Positions 9,205 through 20,071 of a DNA stretch of 64,000 nucleotides are shown in pieces. The DNA comes from Opitutales bacterium. Its GTDB lineage: Bacteria > Verrucomicrobiota > Verrucomicrobiia > Opitutales > PNEW01. Under the pieces are notes generated by a model, which did no database searches, was not told the origin of the DNA, and saw only the letters and a program-made list of their open reading frames with translations. How positions within the stretch are numbered: position 1 is the first letter of the stretch; the number at the start of each line of letters is the position of its first letter. The stretch covers positions 64,001 to 128,000 of the forward strand of contig CBDANS010000004.1 in assembly GCA_965197745.1 (NCBI GenBank), in the 5' to 3' direction. Position numbers and translations under genes: made by a program.

Positions 9205-9910
9205 TCGCCTGCTCGATCTCATTTATCCGCGAAATTGTGTCGTAACGGGTAATCCGGTTGGCGAGGGAATCTATCGTTACATCAGCGATGAAAGCGCGAG
9301 TGAACTTTACCGGGTAAAAGCTCCTTATTGTCCGACCTGTGGGCAACCCTATTACGGTCTCGTTATGAGTCTGCGCAACTGCCCTCACTGTGAGGAACTC
9401 AAACCGATTTTTAAGGGAGGACGAAGTCTTTTACTCTACCGTGGCCTGGGGCGCGAAATTATTCAGCGATTAAAATACAACAAGGCGTTTTACTTGCTCG
9501 ATGATATTAAACAAATCATACGCGAGGATCGGAATATATTAGAATACCTTGAGCATTCCGTTCTTGTCCCGGTTCCCCTTCATCGAAGAAAATTAAGGGA
9601 ACGCGGTTTTAATCAAAGCCGGCTAATCGCCGACTGTTTTTCTGAGCTGACGAATAGCTCACCGGTAATTGAAGCTCTAAAGAGAGATGTCGATACGGCA
9701 TCGCAAACGCGTTTAAATCGCGGTCAGCGTGAGAGAAATGTTAAAAATGCCTTTTCTTTATCAAAAAAGACTGTTCTAATCAAAACCAGGAAAATAATCG
9801 TCGTAGATGATGTATTTACTACTGGAAACACCCTTAATGCCTGCTGTGCCGTGCTTCAACGCGCGGGCTATGAAGAACTCTACGTTCTGACCTTAGGGCA
9901 CGGTCAATAG
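9167..9910 (+). CDS. comF: ComF family protein (Zn ribbon + PRTase)
   Basis: CPTCG..CPHC, PVPLH..RERGFNQ, VDDVFTTGNTL. Confidence 0.9.
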   Translation: MKGVGLKISLWTDRLLDLIYPRNCVVTGNPVGEGIYRYISDESASELYRVKAPYCPTCGQPYYGLVMSLRNCPHCEELKPIFKGGRSLLLYRGLGREIIQRLKYNKAFYLLDDIKQIIREDRNILEYLEHSVLVPVPLHRRKLRERGFNQSRLIADCFSELTNSSPVIEALKRDVDTASQTRLNRGQRERNVKNAFSLSKKTVLIKTRKIIVVDDVFTTGNTLNACCAVLQRAGYEELYVLTLGHGQ

Positions 9911-10026
9911 CCAGGGCCAATTATAATTTAATCTGAACGTATTTTTATTTTCCTTTCTCTATAGATAGAGTCTTCGAACAATTAATTTTGTAACTATCCG
10001 GCAATAGATTAACCGATAAACTGACC

Positions 10027-10890
10027 ATGGCATTATTTAGTAAACCGAAATACTCGACGGTCGTCGTTAAGAACAAAAAGGATATTCCCGAGAATCTCTA
10101 CACCTCTTGTCCTGTTTCCGGCGAAATTATTTATAATAAAGAACTCGAGAAAAATTTAATGGTTGTGCCAAAAAGCGGCTATCACTTTCCGCTCCGCGCG
10201 CCCAAGCGAATAGAAACGCTAGTCGACGAGAATACCTTCCAGGAGCACGACCGGGAAATGACCTCTGTCGATGTGCTTAATTTTGAAGGATACAAAGATA
10301 AGCTGAAAAAAGATCAGAATAAGTCGAACCTGTTCGAAGCGGTGGTTAGCGGGATAGGTAAAATTGGCGATATTACGACATCGCTCAGTGTTATGGATTT
10401 TCGTTTCCGCGGTGCGAGCATGGGATCTGTAGTCGGGGAAAAAATAACCCGAACCATTGAGCGGGCGGCAGAAATTAAATGCCCACTTGTCATTGTTTCC
10501 GCTTCCGGAGGCGCACGCATGGAAGAGGGGATTCTCAGTTTAATGCAGATGGCAAAGACGAGTGCTGCTCTTGCCAAATTGAATGAAGCCGGTCTGCCTT
10601 ACATTTCAATCCTCACCAATCCCACTTATGGCGGGGTCTCGGCAAGTTTTGCCTCACTCGGTGACGTCATCCTCGCGGAACCACGCGCCCTCATTGGTTT
10701 TGCCGGAAAACGCGTAATTAAAGAAGGCACGAAAGAAGAATTACCCAAAGGATTTCAGACGGCTGAATTTCTTCTCGAACACGGGTTGATCGATCAGATT
10801 GTGCCACGCCCACAAATACGCGAACGGCTTATATCATTGCTGCACGCTTTTTACCTGGGCAAAGAACCCGTGAACGGCAGAAATAATTAA
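10027..10890 (+). CDS. accD: Acetyl-CoA carboxylase carboxyltransferase beta
   Basis: [41 protein letters not shown]. Confidence 0.96.
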   Translation: MALFSKPKYSTVVVKNKKDIPENLYTSCPVSGEIIYNKELEKNLMVVPKSGYHFPLRAPKRIETLVDENTFQEHDREMTSVDVLNFEGYKDKLKKDQNKSNLFEAVVSGIGKIGDITTSLSVMDFRFRGASMGSVVGEKITRTIERAAEIKCPLVIVSASGGARMEEGILSLMQMAKTSAALAKLNEAGLPYISILTNPTYGGVSASFASLGDVILAEPRALIGFAGKRVIKEGTKEELPKGFQTAEFLLEHGLIDQIVPRPQIRERLISLLHAFYLGKEPVNGRNN

Positions 10891-10938
10891 TTGAAGTGTC
10901 ATTCGGCCGACACTTTACTCACTCCCCTGAGCTGAGCA

Positions 10939-12246
10939 ATGCCGACTGCGTATTTCAATAATTATCCCGAAGCGAAGAGCTACCTCTACAGTTTGAGGTA
11001 TCATGGAGCCAAGTATGGCATTGAGCGGATGCAACTGCTGGCGGAAACCCTGGGCCATCCTGAGCACCAATTCCCGATTATTCATGTAGCGGGGACAAAC
11101 GGGAAAGGGTCCACCTGCGCAATGCTTGAATCTATCTATCGAAACGCAGGTTTAAAGACCGGGCTTTTCACATCGCCCCACCTCGTATTTCAAGGGGAGC
11201 GCATTCAAATAAATCGATCTATTCTCAGTCACGATGAGATTCTTCATTATACCAATGAACTAAAAGAGATTGCCGACGCGCTGGCGAAAGTAAATCCCGA
11301 TGACCATCCATCTTTTTTTGAATTCATGACCGCGATGGCATTCCTCCACTTTAATCGTGAGGCCGTCGAAATTGGTATTTTTGAGACAGGATTAGGCGGT
11401 CGACTCGACTCAACTAATGTGGTCCACCCTGAGATTACGGTGATTACTTCAATCAGTCTTGATCATATTAACATCCTGGGCGACACCATTGAAAAAATCG
11501 CGGGAGAGAAAGCGGGTATTATTAAAGCTAACAGACCGGTGGTGATTGGCCTACTACCGGATGAAGCGGAAAAAGTAATCCGTGAGATTGCCCGACAGCG
11601 CAGTGCTGCCGTTTACAGTATTCGGGAGCGTTTTAGCTCCGAGGCAAGGGGATACCCCCAGACCAACCTTTACGGAGCTTACCAGCGTTATAACGCGGCA
11701 ACAGCCACACTCGTTTGTGAATTGCTGCGGAAAAAATTTCCCATTTCTAATGACTTAATTGAAAAAGGGCTACAGAAGGTCGAATGGGCCGGTCGCTGGG
11801 AGCGGCATCAGGTTGATTCGAAAACGATCATCCTCGATTCGTCTCACAATCCCGAAGGGGCAGAGATACTTGCGGACAATCTGGAAAACCTGGTTCAAGA
11901 GACAGGGTGTAAGCCCATAATCCTTGCGGGAACACTGGGAGAATTTCGTGCCGAAGTGTTAATGCCGGTAGTCGCCCGCTATGCCCGAGAAATAGTCCTC
12001 CTCAGACCCAGTCAACCGCGAGCATGCACCTTCGAGATACTGGAAAAATATATACCCAAGGACTACGAAGGAAAAATTCGGCGCGCTGAAGTCAAAGACA
12101 TTTTCCCTTTTCCCGGAAACTGTGCCGAAGGAGATGAGGGTGACACTTTAGTGGTAACGGGCACTATTTATCTCATAGGTGAGATAATCGAAGCGCTGCA
12201 TTATGAGCTGCCCGTTGAAGAGCAAAGTCTTCAAGATTTACCATGA
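10939..12246 (+). CDS. folC: Folylpolyglutamate synthase/dihydrofolate synthase
   Basis: HVAGTNGKGST, FTSPHL, ETGLGGRLDSTN, EKAGIIK, DSSHN. Confidence 0.95.
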   Translation: MPTAYFNNYPEAKSYLYSLRYHGAKYGIERMQLLAETLGHPEHQFPIIHVAGTNGKGSTCAMLESIYRNAGLKTGLFTSPHLVFQGERIQINRSILSHDEILHYTNELKEIADALAKVNPDDHPSFFEFMTAMAFLHFNREAVEIGIFETGLGGRLDSTNVVHPEITVITSISLDHINILGDTIEKIAGEKAGIIKANRPVVIGLLPDEAEKVIREIARQRSAAVYSIRERFSSEARGYPQTNLYGAYQRYNAATATLVCELLRKKFPISNDLIEKGLQKVEWAGRWERHQVDSKTIILDSSHNPEGAEILADNLENLVQETGCKPIILAGTLGEFRAEVLMPVVARYAREIVLLRPSQPRACTFEILEKYIPKDYEGKIRRAEVKDIFPFPGNCAEGDEGDTLVVTGTIYLIGEIIEALHYELPVEEQSLQDLP

Positions 12247-12333
12247 GGGTGATTCATGTATGGAGGTGTGCACGACGTTGCGCCTGCAGTCATAATTTAA
12301 GATTTATCCTGTTGGATTAATTATTACTCCAAA

Positions 12334-12398
12334 CGGCCACGACGGAGCGTGGCCCTCCAGAAAAGACTAAAAATGGAGGGCCACTCTCCGTCGTGGCC
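12334..12398. repeat. REP-like inverted pair, family A (26-bp arms, 13-bp spacer)
   Basis: CGGCCACGACGGAGCGTGGCCCTCCA (12334-12359) and TGGAGGGCCACTCTCCGTCGTGGCCG (12373-12398), 1 mismatch; lies between convergent folC and purA. Confidence 0.85.
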
Positions 12399-12551
12399 GC
12401 TGAGAATAAGAAAATGATTACTTATACTTATTTAGAGGACGTAGACGTAGACGTAGAGGCAGACGAAGACGAAGATTTTATTGGTTATCTTAATACCTCT
12501 CAGCCATCATCTCACTCAGTCCATTCTCGATCGAGAATGAAAAAGAAATGC

Positions 12552-14108
12552 TCAGGATCCGGCGAGGGCGAGAAGTTTTTCAATGCGGGGTACGTCACGA
12601 ATGATCTGCGAGGGGTCAGGCCCGACACCGATATAGCGAAGATTGGGCAATGTTTCTGTGCGTTTACCGTCACGGAAAGCGACATCCACTATACTCTTCA
12701 TGAGCACGGCTATGTAGCGGCGAGCGTTTTCCGGAAGATCTTCAAATTGTCGTATACCGGTGATATCTTCCTTCCAACCGGGAAGTTGAACAAAGACGGG
12801 TTGAAGGAGACGACGTTGAGCATCATCACGAGGCAGTTGATGAAGAAGTTTTCCATCTGAATCGCGGTAAGCGGTACAAATGAGCAGTTCTCCGCCCTGC
12901 CATAGTCCGCTGTAACTGAGCGCGTCAAGCTTGTTAATCATAAGATCCTGGTAACCACCATAACGAAGAGCATCCCCTTTTTCCACGGCGTCACACCAGC
13001 CGACCATGCGTTGGCGGCCGGTTGATGTTCCGAATTCCAGATCTTTAAGTTTAATAGCCAGCGGGTGCTCATCGGGAATCTTCGTAAGGAAGACATGCGT
13101 GCCGACTTTCGTATCATAAGCTTTGCAAACACCGATGGTGTGTAGCGGTTGCAGGGGGATCCCGGCTGACTGGAAAAACTCGGGAGTGAAAGTGTGGGAA
13201 GCGGTAACATTGGGGGGGAATCCGTGGCGCTTATCCAACCAGTAGGACTGGCCGAATTCACCAATGATGTAATGACCATTTTTCAGCTCACTGAGAACGG
13301 TTTCACGAACATCACCGATATTATCCTGGAACGAGGACCCGGCTTCCCAATAGGCATCGATCAGGGTGTCATTATCAAGGCTGAAGGGTGTGGACCCTTT
13401 AAACTTGTGAAAATCAAATTCATCTTCGGGGAATACATCCGCCTCGATACTACTCGCGTTAGCTCGCACTTCAGCATCGGTAAGAACATCAAAAAAACGG
13501 TCCCAATTTTCAGGACTGACCTGGCAGACATGTTCTATAGTGAGAAGCACGCGGTTGACGCGTTGTTTCAGCTTGTGCGCAAAGGCATCTTTGCTGCCCT
13601 TAAAATCACTGTAATAAATCTGTCTTTGACCCACTTCATCGATGAAAGCGGGGGTGATCCCGCGTCCTGTGCTGCCACGTGCGTCCTCTTTGAGGACATT
13701 GACACGGTAATCTTCCCAAGAAAGGTCGAGCAATCGATGACTGAGATCGCTTACTTGGGTGCGTTCATCGATTAGCAGTCGGGCAAGAACATTATAATCC
13801 CGCTTTTCAAGCGGGTTAATCTCCCACCTGAACTTTCGCGGATCGGCAACAACACCGCAGCCAATTGCTAAACAGGGCACCTCGGGATCAATGACAGCAG
13901 CCGGCAGAAGATTTAATTTAAGACCGCCGGCGGTGTGTCCTGAATTGGCGCCCCCGTTTACTTTCATCACGGCGCCAACGCCATTGCTCCCACCGTGTGA
14001 CTGGCGGAGCTCATCGATAATTTCATAAATGAGTCTACCTTTGCCCTCATCGCCCATGCTAATCCCCACATCGGCAATAATTTTACTCGTAAAGGGTAAT
14101 AGAGCCAT
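12552..14108 (-). CDS. purA: Adenylosuccinate synthetase (long, divergent form)
   Basis: [51 protein letters not shown]. Confidence 0.93.
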   Translation of the reverse strand: MALLPFTSKIIADVGISMGDEGKGRLIYEIIDELRQSHGGSNGVGAVMKVNGGANSGHTAGGLKLNLLPAAVIDPEVPCLAIGCGVVADPRKFRWEINPLEKRDYNVLARLLIDERTQVSDLSHRLLDLSWEDYRVNVLKEDARGSTGRGITPAFIDEVGQRQIYYSDFKGSKDAFAHKLKQRVNRVLLTIEHVCQVSPENWDRFFDVLTDAEVRANASSIEADVFPEDEFDFHKFKGSTPFSLDNDTLIDAYWEAGSSFQDNIGDVRETVLSELKNGHYIIGEFGQSYWLDKRHGFPPNVTASHTFTPEFFQSAGIPLQPLHTIGVCKAYDTKVGTHVFLTKIPDEHPLAIKLKDLEFGTSTGRQRMVGWCDAVEKGDALRYGGYQDLMINKLDALSYSGLWQGGELLICTAYRDSDGKLLHQLPRDDAQRRLLQPVFVQLPGWKEDITGIRQFEDLPENARRYIAVLMKSIVDVAFRDGKRTETLPNLRYIGVGPDPSQIIRDVPRIEKLLALAGS

Positions 14109-14414
14109 CGGTGCCCAACTTATTTACAATTATTGTTCGCTCGGAGTTGTGCTTTTAACACAAAAAAGACAGACTATGGTCTTTAGTGTTTTATATTGCA
14201 ATGTAAATCCGTAACTAAAACGGGTTTTCTCTTTTTCCGGGATCAAGGAGCATAAAAAAGGGGAGGGAATTAAATAATTGAGAGGAAGTAGAAAGTCATT
14301 AAATATTTATTATAACGCTGATAGATAGATTGTTAAAGAGACAACGATAGTTAATTTTCGGGGTTTATTATTTTTAAAACTCATTACCACCTATAACTTA
14401 AATTCTGCAAAAGA

Positions 14415-14828
14415 GTGAAACCTATATTAAACGCGTTATATTTTATTATTTTATTCTGCTTATCTGGCTGCTCGACCACCATGGAAATGGTGGAATTTAA
14501 AAGTGGTGAAAAAGCAGAGGCCTTTGTTGACGCCAATAAGCGCGAGATCCGCGTCTATTTACCTGATGGGGAAATCTTAAAAGGGCCTTATAGTATTGCC
14601 ACGAATCCGCGCTTCAGTGTCGGCGCAGGGATCGGCGGTTCCCGGGGGAGCGTGATCTACCCATCAATAAGCCTCGATCCGGGTTCGAAAATTTATGCGT
14701 TGCTCTCCAGTGAGAAACCTGCCTCAACCCTGGTGATGGAAGTCATCGCCGATCATAGCAAAGTCACAGGCACGGGGCGGGGTGAAGCGCGAACCAACGA
14801 TGGGCGTGTGTTCAAAATTGTGTTCTAA
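14415..14828 (+). CDS. Hypothetical lipoprotein
   Basis: Hydrophobic leader with lipobox LSGC; 137-aa ORF fills the intergenic gap. Confidence 0.7.
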   Translation: MKPILNALYFIILFCLSGCSTTMEMVEFKSGEKAEAFVDANKREIRVYLPDGEILKGPYSIATNPRFSVGAGIGGSRGSVIYPSISLDPGSKIYALLSSEKPASTLVMEVIADHSKVTGTGRGEARTNDGRVFKIVF

Positions 14829-14838
14829 TATTGCCGGG

Positions 14839-16080
14839 TCAAGGGATCGGCCTCGATAGCGTTGCCCCGATTGCCTTTTCAATGAGCGCTATCGCCTGTT
14901 GCTCGGATCGTAAATCGCCCGTCGCCTTAGCGATATCGTCACTGATTTTTACGACGGAGATATTATTGATGGCGATCATTTTGATAACGATATCGAGAGC
15001 CGGACTGTTATCAATATCATTGGTGAAATGGGTGCCGATGCCATAAGATGCTTTTACACGGCTGTTGATGTATTTTTCTATGGCAATCGCTTTATCCACG
15101 TTCAGGGAGTCACTGAATACCAATTTTTTTGTCATAGGGTCGATGGCGTGTTTCTCGTAGTGGGCCAGGATATCATCGATAAAAATATAAGGGCTTCCAC
15201 TATCATGACGTACGCCCTCAAAGGTCTCGGCAAGTTCGCTTCTGAAATCGAGAAGAAATAACGCGTTGGTATAGGTGTCGGTGAGTGCAATACCGAGTTG
15301 GCCAGCAAAAACTTTTTGCCATGCCTCGAAGGCATGCTGGTTGGCGTGACGAATACCGTAAAGTCCGGCATGCCCCATGATCCACTCGTGGGCCATAGTG
15401 CCTATAGGTTGAATACCGGATTTTCGAGCGAGATAGACGTTACTTGTCCCGGTAAAGGTACTCATTACATTTTTAAGATAATGAGGGAGATCGCAAAAAG
15501 CACGAACGGCTTCTTCGTGTAATGCATAGCTGCGCCGGCGTCGAGTCCCGAAGTCTACAAACAGGCATCCTGCCCTGGATAATTTGAGTCCTTTTTTAAG
15601 AGTCTTATCATAATAAGCTTCGCGATCATCAGACCACTGAGTATCAATAAGTTCAAAATAGGTTTCACTGATCATTGCGAGAAGGGGAACCTCCCAAAGA
15701 ATGGTGTGCGCCCAAATTCCTCGAACCTTAAGATTAAGGTGACCTGCATCGGTTAATAATAGATCGACTTCACCGGGATCGAAACGGAATGCTTGCAGGT
15801 AATCCAAGTAATCGCCGTTAAAAAAATTGAACTGAGAAAGCCAGGTTCGCTCGGAGGGTGTTAATGCCAGCGCAGACATTTCCTCGACTCTCAGCTTGAG
15901 CCTTTCTATGAATTGAGGAGTTAGTGGTTTTATCTTAGCCCGTTTGATAAAATGATAGCATACCACAGCCTCGGGATGGCACTGCAGCACGGCACGTTGC
16001 ATCGTGAATTTATAGAGATCGTTGTCTAAAATACTGGAAAGCATAAGGGCATTATATAGCAAAGAATGGTTACTGGACAA
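14839..16080 (-). CDS. pncB: Nicotinate phosphoribosyltransferase
   Basis: LDNDLYKFTM, DFGTRRR, GTSNV, GTMAHEW, RHDSG, FSDSL, GIGT; start may be 16044. Confidence 0.95.
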   Translation of the reverse strand: MSSNHSLLYNALMLSSILDNDLYKFTMQRAVLQCHPEAVVCYHFIKRAKIKPLTPQFIERLKLRVEEMSALALTPSERTWLSQFNFFNGDYLDYLQAFRFDPGEVDLLLTDAGHLNLKVRGIWAHTILWEVPLLAMISETYFELIDTQWSDDREAYYDKTLKKGLKLSRAGCLFVDFGTRRRRSYALHEEAVRAFCDLPHYLKNVMSTFTGTSNVYLARKSGIQPIGTMAHEWIMGHAGLYGIRHANQHAFEAWQKVFAGQLGIALTDTYTNALFLLDFRSELAETFEGVRHDSGSPYIFIDDILAHYEKHAIDPMTKKLVFSDSLNVDKAIAIEKYINSRVKASYGIGTHFTNDIDNSPALDIVIKMIAINNISVVKISDDIAKATGDLRSEQQAIALIEKAIGATLSRPIP

Positions 16081-16087
16081 CAGGTGA

Positions 16088-16699
16088 TCACAATACCTCT
16101 TTGGAGTGAATAAACCTGGCTCCCGCGTCTCGCATCTTATTCATTGCATCTGCCATTGAACCGTTGGTATCAATACCTTTAGTAGCATCTTCGATAACAT
16201 ATATTTCAAAACCCTGTTTGCGACCGTCAACTACTGACCAGTGGACACAAAAGTCCGTTGCCAGTCCGACAAAATATAAAGTTTTTATATCACGATCGCG
16301 AAGAAATCCAGCAAGGCCGGTCGGTGTCTGGTGATCATTTTCGAAAAAGACAGAATAGGAATCGATTTCTTTGCGAAAGCCTTTGCGTAAGATTAGTTCT
16401 GCACGAGGCACATTTAATCGGGAATGAAACTGTGCACCTGCGGTGTCTTGTAGGCAATGATCAGGCCAGAGAATCTGATCACCGTAATCTAATTTTACCA
16501 TCTCGTATGGTTTTCTTCCCTGATGTGATGAGGCAAAGGATAGATGGCCGGGGGGATGCCAGTCCTGTGTCAGGATAGTATGCTCAAACCCCTGTGAAAG
16601 TTTATTAATTACGGGAAGAATGGTGTCTCCTTCGGGGACCGCTAAATTACCTCCGGGGCAAAAGTCGTTCTGCATATCGACAACGATTAAAGCATCCAT
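16088..16699 (-). CDS. pncA: Nicotinamidase/pyrazinamidase
   Basis: VDMQNDFCPGG, TQDWHP, WPDHC, DSYS, GLATDFCV; adjacent to pncB. Confidence 0.95.
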   Translation of the reverse strand: MDALIVVDMQNDFCPGGNLAVPEGDTILPVINKLSQGFEHTILTQDWHPPGHLSFASSHQGRKPYEMVKLDYGDQILWPDHCLQDTAGAQFHSRLNVPRAELILRKGFRKEIDSYSVFFENDHQTPTGLAGFLRDRDIKTLYFVGLATDFCVHWSVVDGRKQGFEIYVIEDATKGIDTNGSMADAMNKMRDAGARFIHSKEVL

Positions 16700-17117
16700 C
16701 TCTTTACCTTTGTCTATAGTTTCAGGGTAAAAATTATAATTCTACTTTATTGAACTTGGGCTTTTTCGCAGTTCCAAAAGCTGCTTTTTGAAGCGTGGAT
16801 CACTGCAATGTAAGGATGGCTTTATCTCCCCAACTATCAATCTCTGTTTGTCATCTACAGTGACTAAAAATCTGAGAAGAATTGCTGGGATAATTTTATA
16901 ATAATTAATTCTCAATATATTATGTGATTGGGTCATATAGAGGCATAATGACTGACGAATGGGGTTAAAATAGGGTATTATTACTATTAGCCAGAAATTT
17001 TCCGGAAAAAACTTGTCTCAGAGCCTATAATCCTGTAATTTAGGTAAGTTAATACCCCTAGATTAATTATAAATATTACTTATAAAAGCTTTTTTACACT
17101 GGACAGCATATATTTAT

Positions 17118-17621
17118 ATGTCTAATCTTAAAAATCTCGTGGTAGGTATAAGTAATGCAGCAGAGCTAAAATCGAAAAGTTCAATAAAAGGTTCTCATAA
17201 AAAAATCAGCGGATACTCGCTTATCGAGTTGATGATGGGGACGGCAGTATTGACAGTAGTATTGGCAGGTACATTCAGTGCGTTAGGACAAGCCCTGACC
17301 TTGTCTGAAAAAGTGCAGCATGCCAATTTTGTCACCGAGTTGCTGCAAAGTGAGCTGGATAAAATAGAGACTTACAATTGGAACGCGATTATCAGTCTAC
17401 CCGCCAGTGGAACATTTGATCCCAATAGTTATTTTACAGAAGTTCCATTGAAGAATTACACCTGCACACGGACGGTGCAAAATCACCCCTCATTCACTAA
17501 TGTGAAAGAGATTCGATTTACGGTCACCTGGGAAGACGTAAAGGGGAGAATGCACAGTCGTGAACTGGTCAACTATTATTCTAAAGGTGGGATGAATGAT
17601 TACTATTATGAAGCACTATAA
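17118..17621 (+). CDS. Type IV minor pilin/pseudopilin (PilV-like)
   Basis: Prepilin site G/YSLIELM followed by a hydrophobic helix; long 31-aa leader. Confidence 0.8.
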   Translation: MSNLKNLVVGISNAAELKSKSSIKGSHKKISGYSLIELMMGTAVLTVVLAGTFSALGQALTLSEKVQHANFVTELLQSELDKIETYNWNAIISLPASGTFDPNSYFTEVPLKNYTCTRTVQNHPSFTNVKEIRFTVTWEDVKGRMHSRELVNYYSKGGMNDYYYEAL

Positions 17622-18135
17622 AGACAAAGGCTTCACGCTCATCGAAGTTACGATCGTCTTGTTTCTGGGATCGATCGTGTTGACTGCTCTTTCATCATCT
17701 CTGCTCACGATCATGAAGAGCTCTTACAGCTTAAACAATTATTCGGATATGGTGGTTAATGCAAAAAGAGCGCGCAACACTTTCACCAGTGATGTGAGTA
17801 AAGCACATGCTATTACTTACAGTGACCCGGCGAATTTTATAATAGCAATACGTACTTATCTGGGAGGCCCAATCTATAACGTGGAATACGATTACGATTC
17901 GATCAATAAGACGCTTACACGGACCCAGGGCGCTGCAACAACGACCCTCATGCGCGGCGTGGAAACCATGAGCTTTTCCTATTACACGCAAGTGGGAAAT
18001 GCTACGACGAAGAATATTGATACAAAGAAAATACACATGGAAGGCACGCTTGAGCGCTTGAATGGATTGGAGAACAACAATACTTATGCGGTCTCGACGC
18101 GCTGTTCATTGCGAAACCTGAGTATCGGCAACTGA
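17596..18135 (+). CDS. Type IV minor pilin/pseudopilin (PilW/PulJ-like)
   Basis: KG/FTLIEV prepilin site; YDYDS..KTLTR and MSFSYY patterns. Confidence 0.82.
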   Translation: MITIMKHYKDKGFTLIEVTIVLFLGSIVLTALSSSLLTIMKSSYSLNNYSDMVVNAKRARNTFTSDVSKAHAITYSDPANFIIAIRTYLGGPIYNVEYDYDSINKTLTRTQGAATTTLMRGVETMSFSYYTQVGNATTKNIDTKKIHMEGTLERLNGLENNNTYAVSTRCSLRNLSIGN

Positions 18136-19414
18136 TGAGAAAAAATACTAGAGGTTCCGTTGTGATGATAGCGCTGATGGTCGCTGGCATCTTCGGTTTT
18201 ATCGTGGCCAGCTTTTTACGCTCGACCATTACCGAGTTAAATATCGCGGAAGGAAATTTCAATCGGAGAAACGTTATCAATGTAACACACGCGGGAGCAG
18301 AGCTAGCCATCTCGACGCTCAATGAAGACGACTGGACAGGTTGGGTTAGTTACCCTCCCTGGATGATTCGCTCCTTATACAATATAGATATGGGCAACGG
18401 CGATACCGCGACAATGTATCTTTACCATTTGGATCAATCACCAAACCCACCCCGCATCTACAGCATCGTATACTTAAATTTAGCCAATGGAGAGCAGTTG
18501 CAGGAAAGTTTTTATTCTGACCTGAGGCAGCGTAAGGTTTTTCCCAACGGAATCACCACTCATGATGACATCGCCTTCACCACCACGGGAACGGTGACCG
18601 TTGACAGTTACACCTCTGATCCGGGAGTGAACCTGGGGATTTACGATCCATTCTTCAACCGCAACGACAGCGGCACCCTGGTGGGAGGCAAAGTAATAGC
18701 GGATGAGTTTGCCAAGGGTGAAGTCTACGGCTATATATCCACCTGGGTAGAACCTCACACTATCGGGGAGAATGGCAAGGTCTACGGAGTGAGCACCCCG
18801 CCGGAAACCAATGTCGATGACAGCCGGATAGCCGACGGATTTAAACCGACTTTTCTGGATGTGCCGGTCCCGCCAGGAGTGACCAGTGTCTACAGTTTTC
18901 CGGGAGGAAGCGACACCTTACCCGGAGCGGGAGCGAGCCCCGATTGATAACGGGAGACCTGCATATCGATAATGGAAAATCCCTGACGATCACCGAAAAC
19001 ATGACCCTGGTGGTGCAGGATGACGTGCATATCGATGGAACGCTGAAGGTCGCCGACGGCAAGCAATTGAAACTGTATATCAATGATGACTTCACCCTGC
19101 ATAGCGGTGGTAAGGTTGAAAATTTTTCCGGTGATCCGGGCAACCTGGGAGATCCGGGCAATATGGTTGTCTACTCGACAGACACGGGATCATATACCCC
19201 CAATTATACCATCGGCGGCATTGCTGCTTTTTATGGAGCGATTTACGCTCCCCGCGCGGATGTAGATATGCAAGCGGGCGGCGAGATGTTTGGATCAATT
19301 GTCGCCGAAAATGTAAACTTCCTGGGGGACTATGATTTTCATTATGATGAAGACCTTCAAAGCGTAGTCGGTGACAATCCCACCTTTACTTCTGACTTCG
19401 CACGGAATTATTAA
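18135..19414 (+). pseudogene. PilX-like protein with C-terminal beta-rich domain, split at about 18944
   Basis: RG/SVVMIAL start without Glu5 and AGAELA as in PilX; the second ORF (FYGAIYAP..GSIVA..FHYDEDL) looks like the C-terminal half; a one-base shift gives about 426 aa. Confidence 0.7.
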
Positions 19415-19440
19415 GCTCTTTGAAGGGGATCGTTAATAGC

Positions 19441-19470
19441 TTGACGCTATTAAAACTTACGAAATACGAT
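19441..19470 (+). promoter_or_regulatory. Candidate sigma70 promoter
   Basis: TTGACG-18 bp-TACGAT, 26 bp upstream of the 19497 start. Confidence 0.4.
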
Positions 19471-19496
19471 CGATAACAGCTAGATAGCTTAGCGCT

Positions 19497-20069
19497 ATGG
19501 ATCCTATTATTTCCCTTGCCCAGAGAGCTAATCAATTAATGGGTGAAGAGCTCGTCCGCCGTAAACTTGCCCAACCTGAGATGATTGAGCAGGCAGCTCC
19601 CTTATTGGAAAAATACCTGAAAGAGGGTGAAATTAAACGCGCAAGCCTCTTAAAAATATTAATCTGGGATCTCGAACTTTTAGAAGAAAAGAAGATTCTG
19701 GATTTTCACATTGATGAACATCATTTAGGATTCTGTAATATTACTAATTATAATATTGATAGAGAATCTCTGCCCGATTTTAAACTCGGGGAGTGTTGGG
19801 CTACGATGAGCATCCCCCTGGATTTTATTTCTGATGTTTTCTTTGTCGCCACCGCTAATTATCTGAGCCCTGCCGTTATTGAACACTGGGAAAAACGGTT
19901 AACCCCCAATATTTTCTGGTACGTTGCGGATTTAACAATTTTGACCAGAACATTAGAAAGTCTGGAAAAAGAAGAAGAGAAAGATGAGGAAGAGAAAGCA
20001 GAAAAAGAGAATGATGAAGCTGTAGAAGAAAAAGCAGATAAAGAAGAAATGGTTAAAGCGGATAAATAA
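19497..20069 (+). CDS. Hypothetical protein resembling a stand-alone N-terminal domain of GspE/PilB
   Basis: [11 protein letters not shown]...IEQA and IPLDF....FFVATANYL resemble T2SSE_N/MshEN patterns; acidic tail; 2 bp from the ATPase gene. Confidence 0.55.
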   Translation: MDPIISLAQRANQLMGEELVRRKLAQPEMIEQAAPLLEKYLKEGEIKRASLLKILIWDLELLEEKKILDFHIDEHHLGFCNITNYNIDRESLPDFKLGECWATMSIPLDFISDVFFVATANYLSPAVIEHWEKRLTPNIFWYVADLTILTRTLESLEKEEEKDEEEKAEKENDEAVEEKADKEEMVKADK

Positions 20070-20071
20070 TC

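Noticed and set aside
12393..12860. 155-aa plus-strand ORF with acidic DVDVEADEDED stretch
   Set aside because: Starts inside a REP arm, the acidic run is translated 6-bp repeats, and the rest is antisense to purA.
18944..18947. TGA as selenocysteine or readthrough in PilX
   Set aside because: The continuation is in another frame and an in-frame TAA follows at once.
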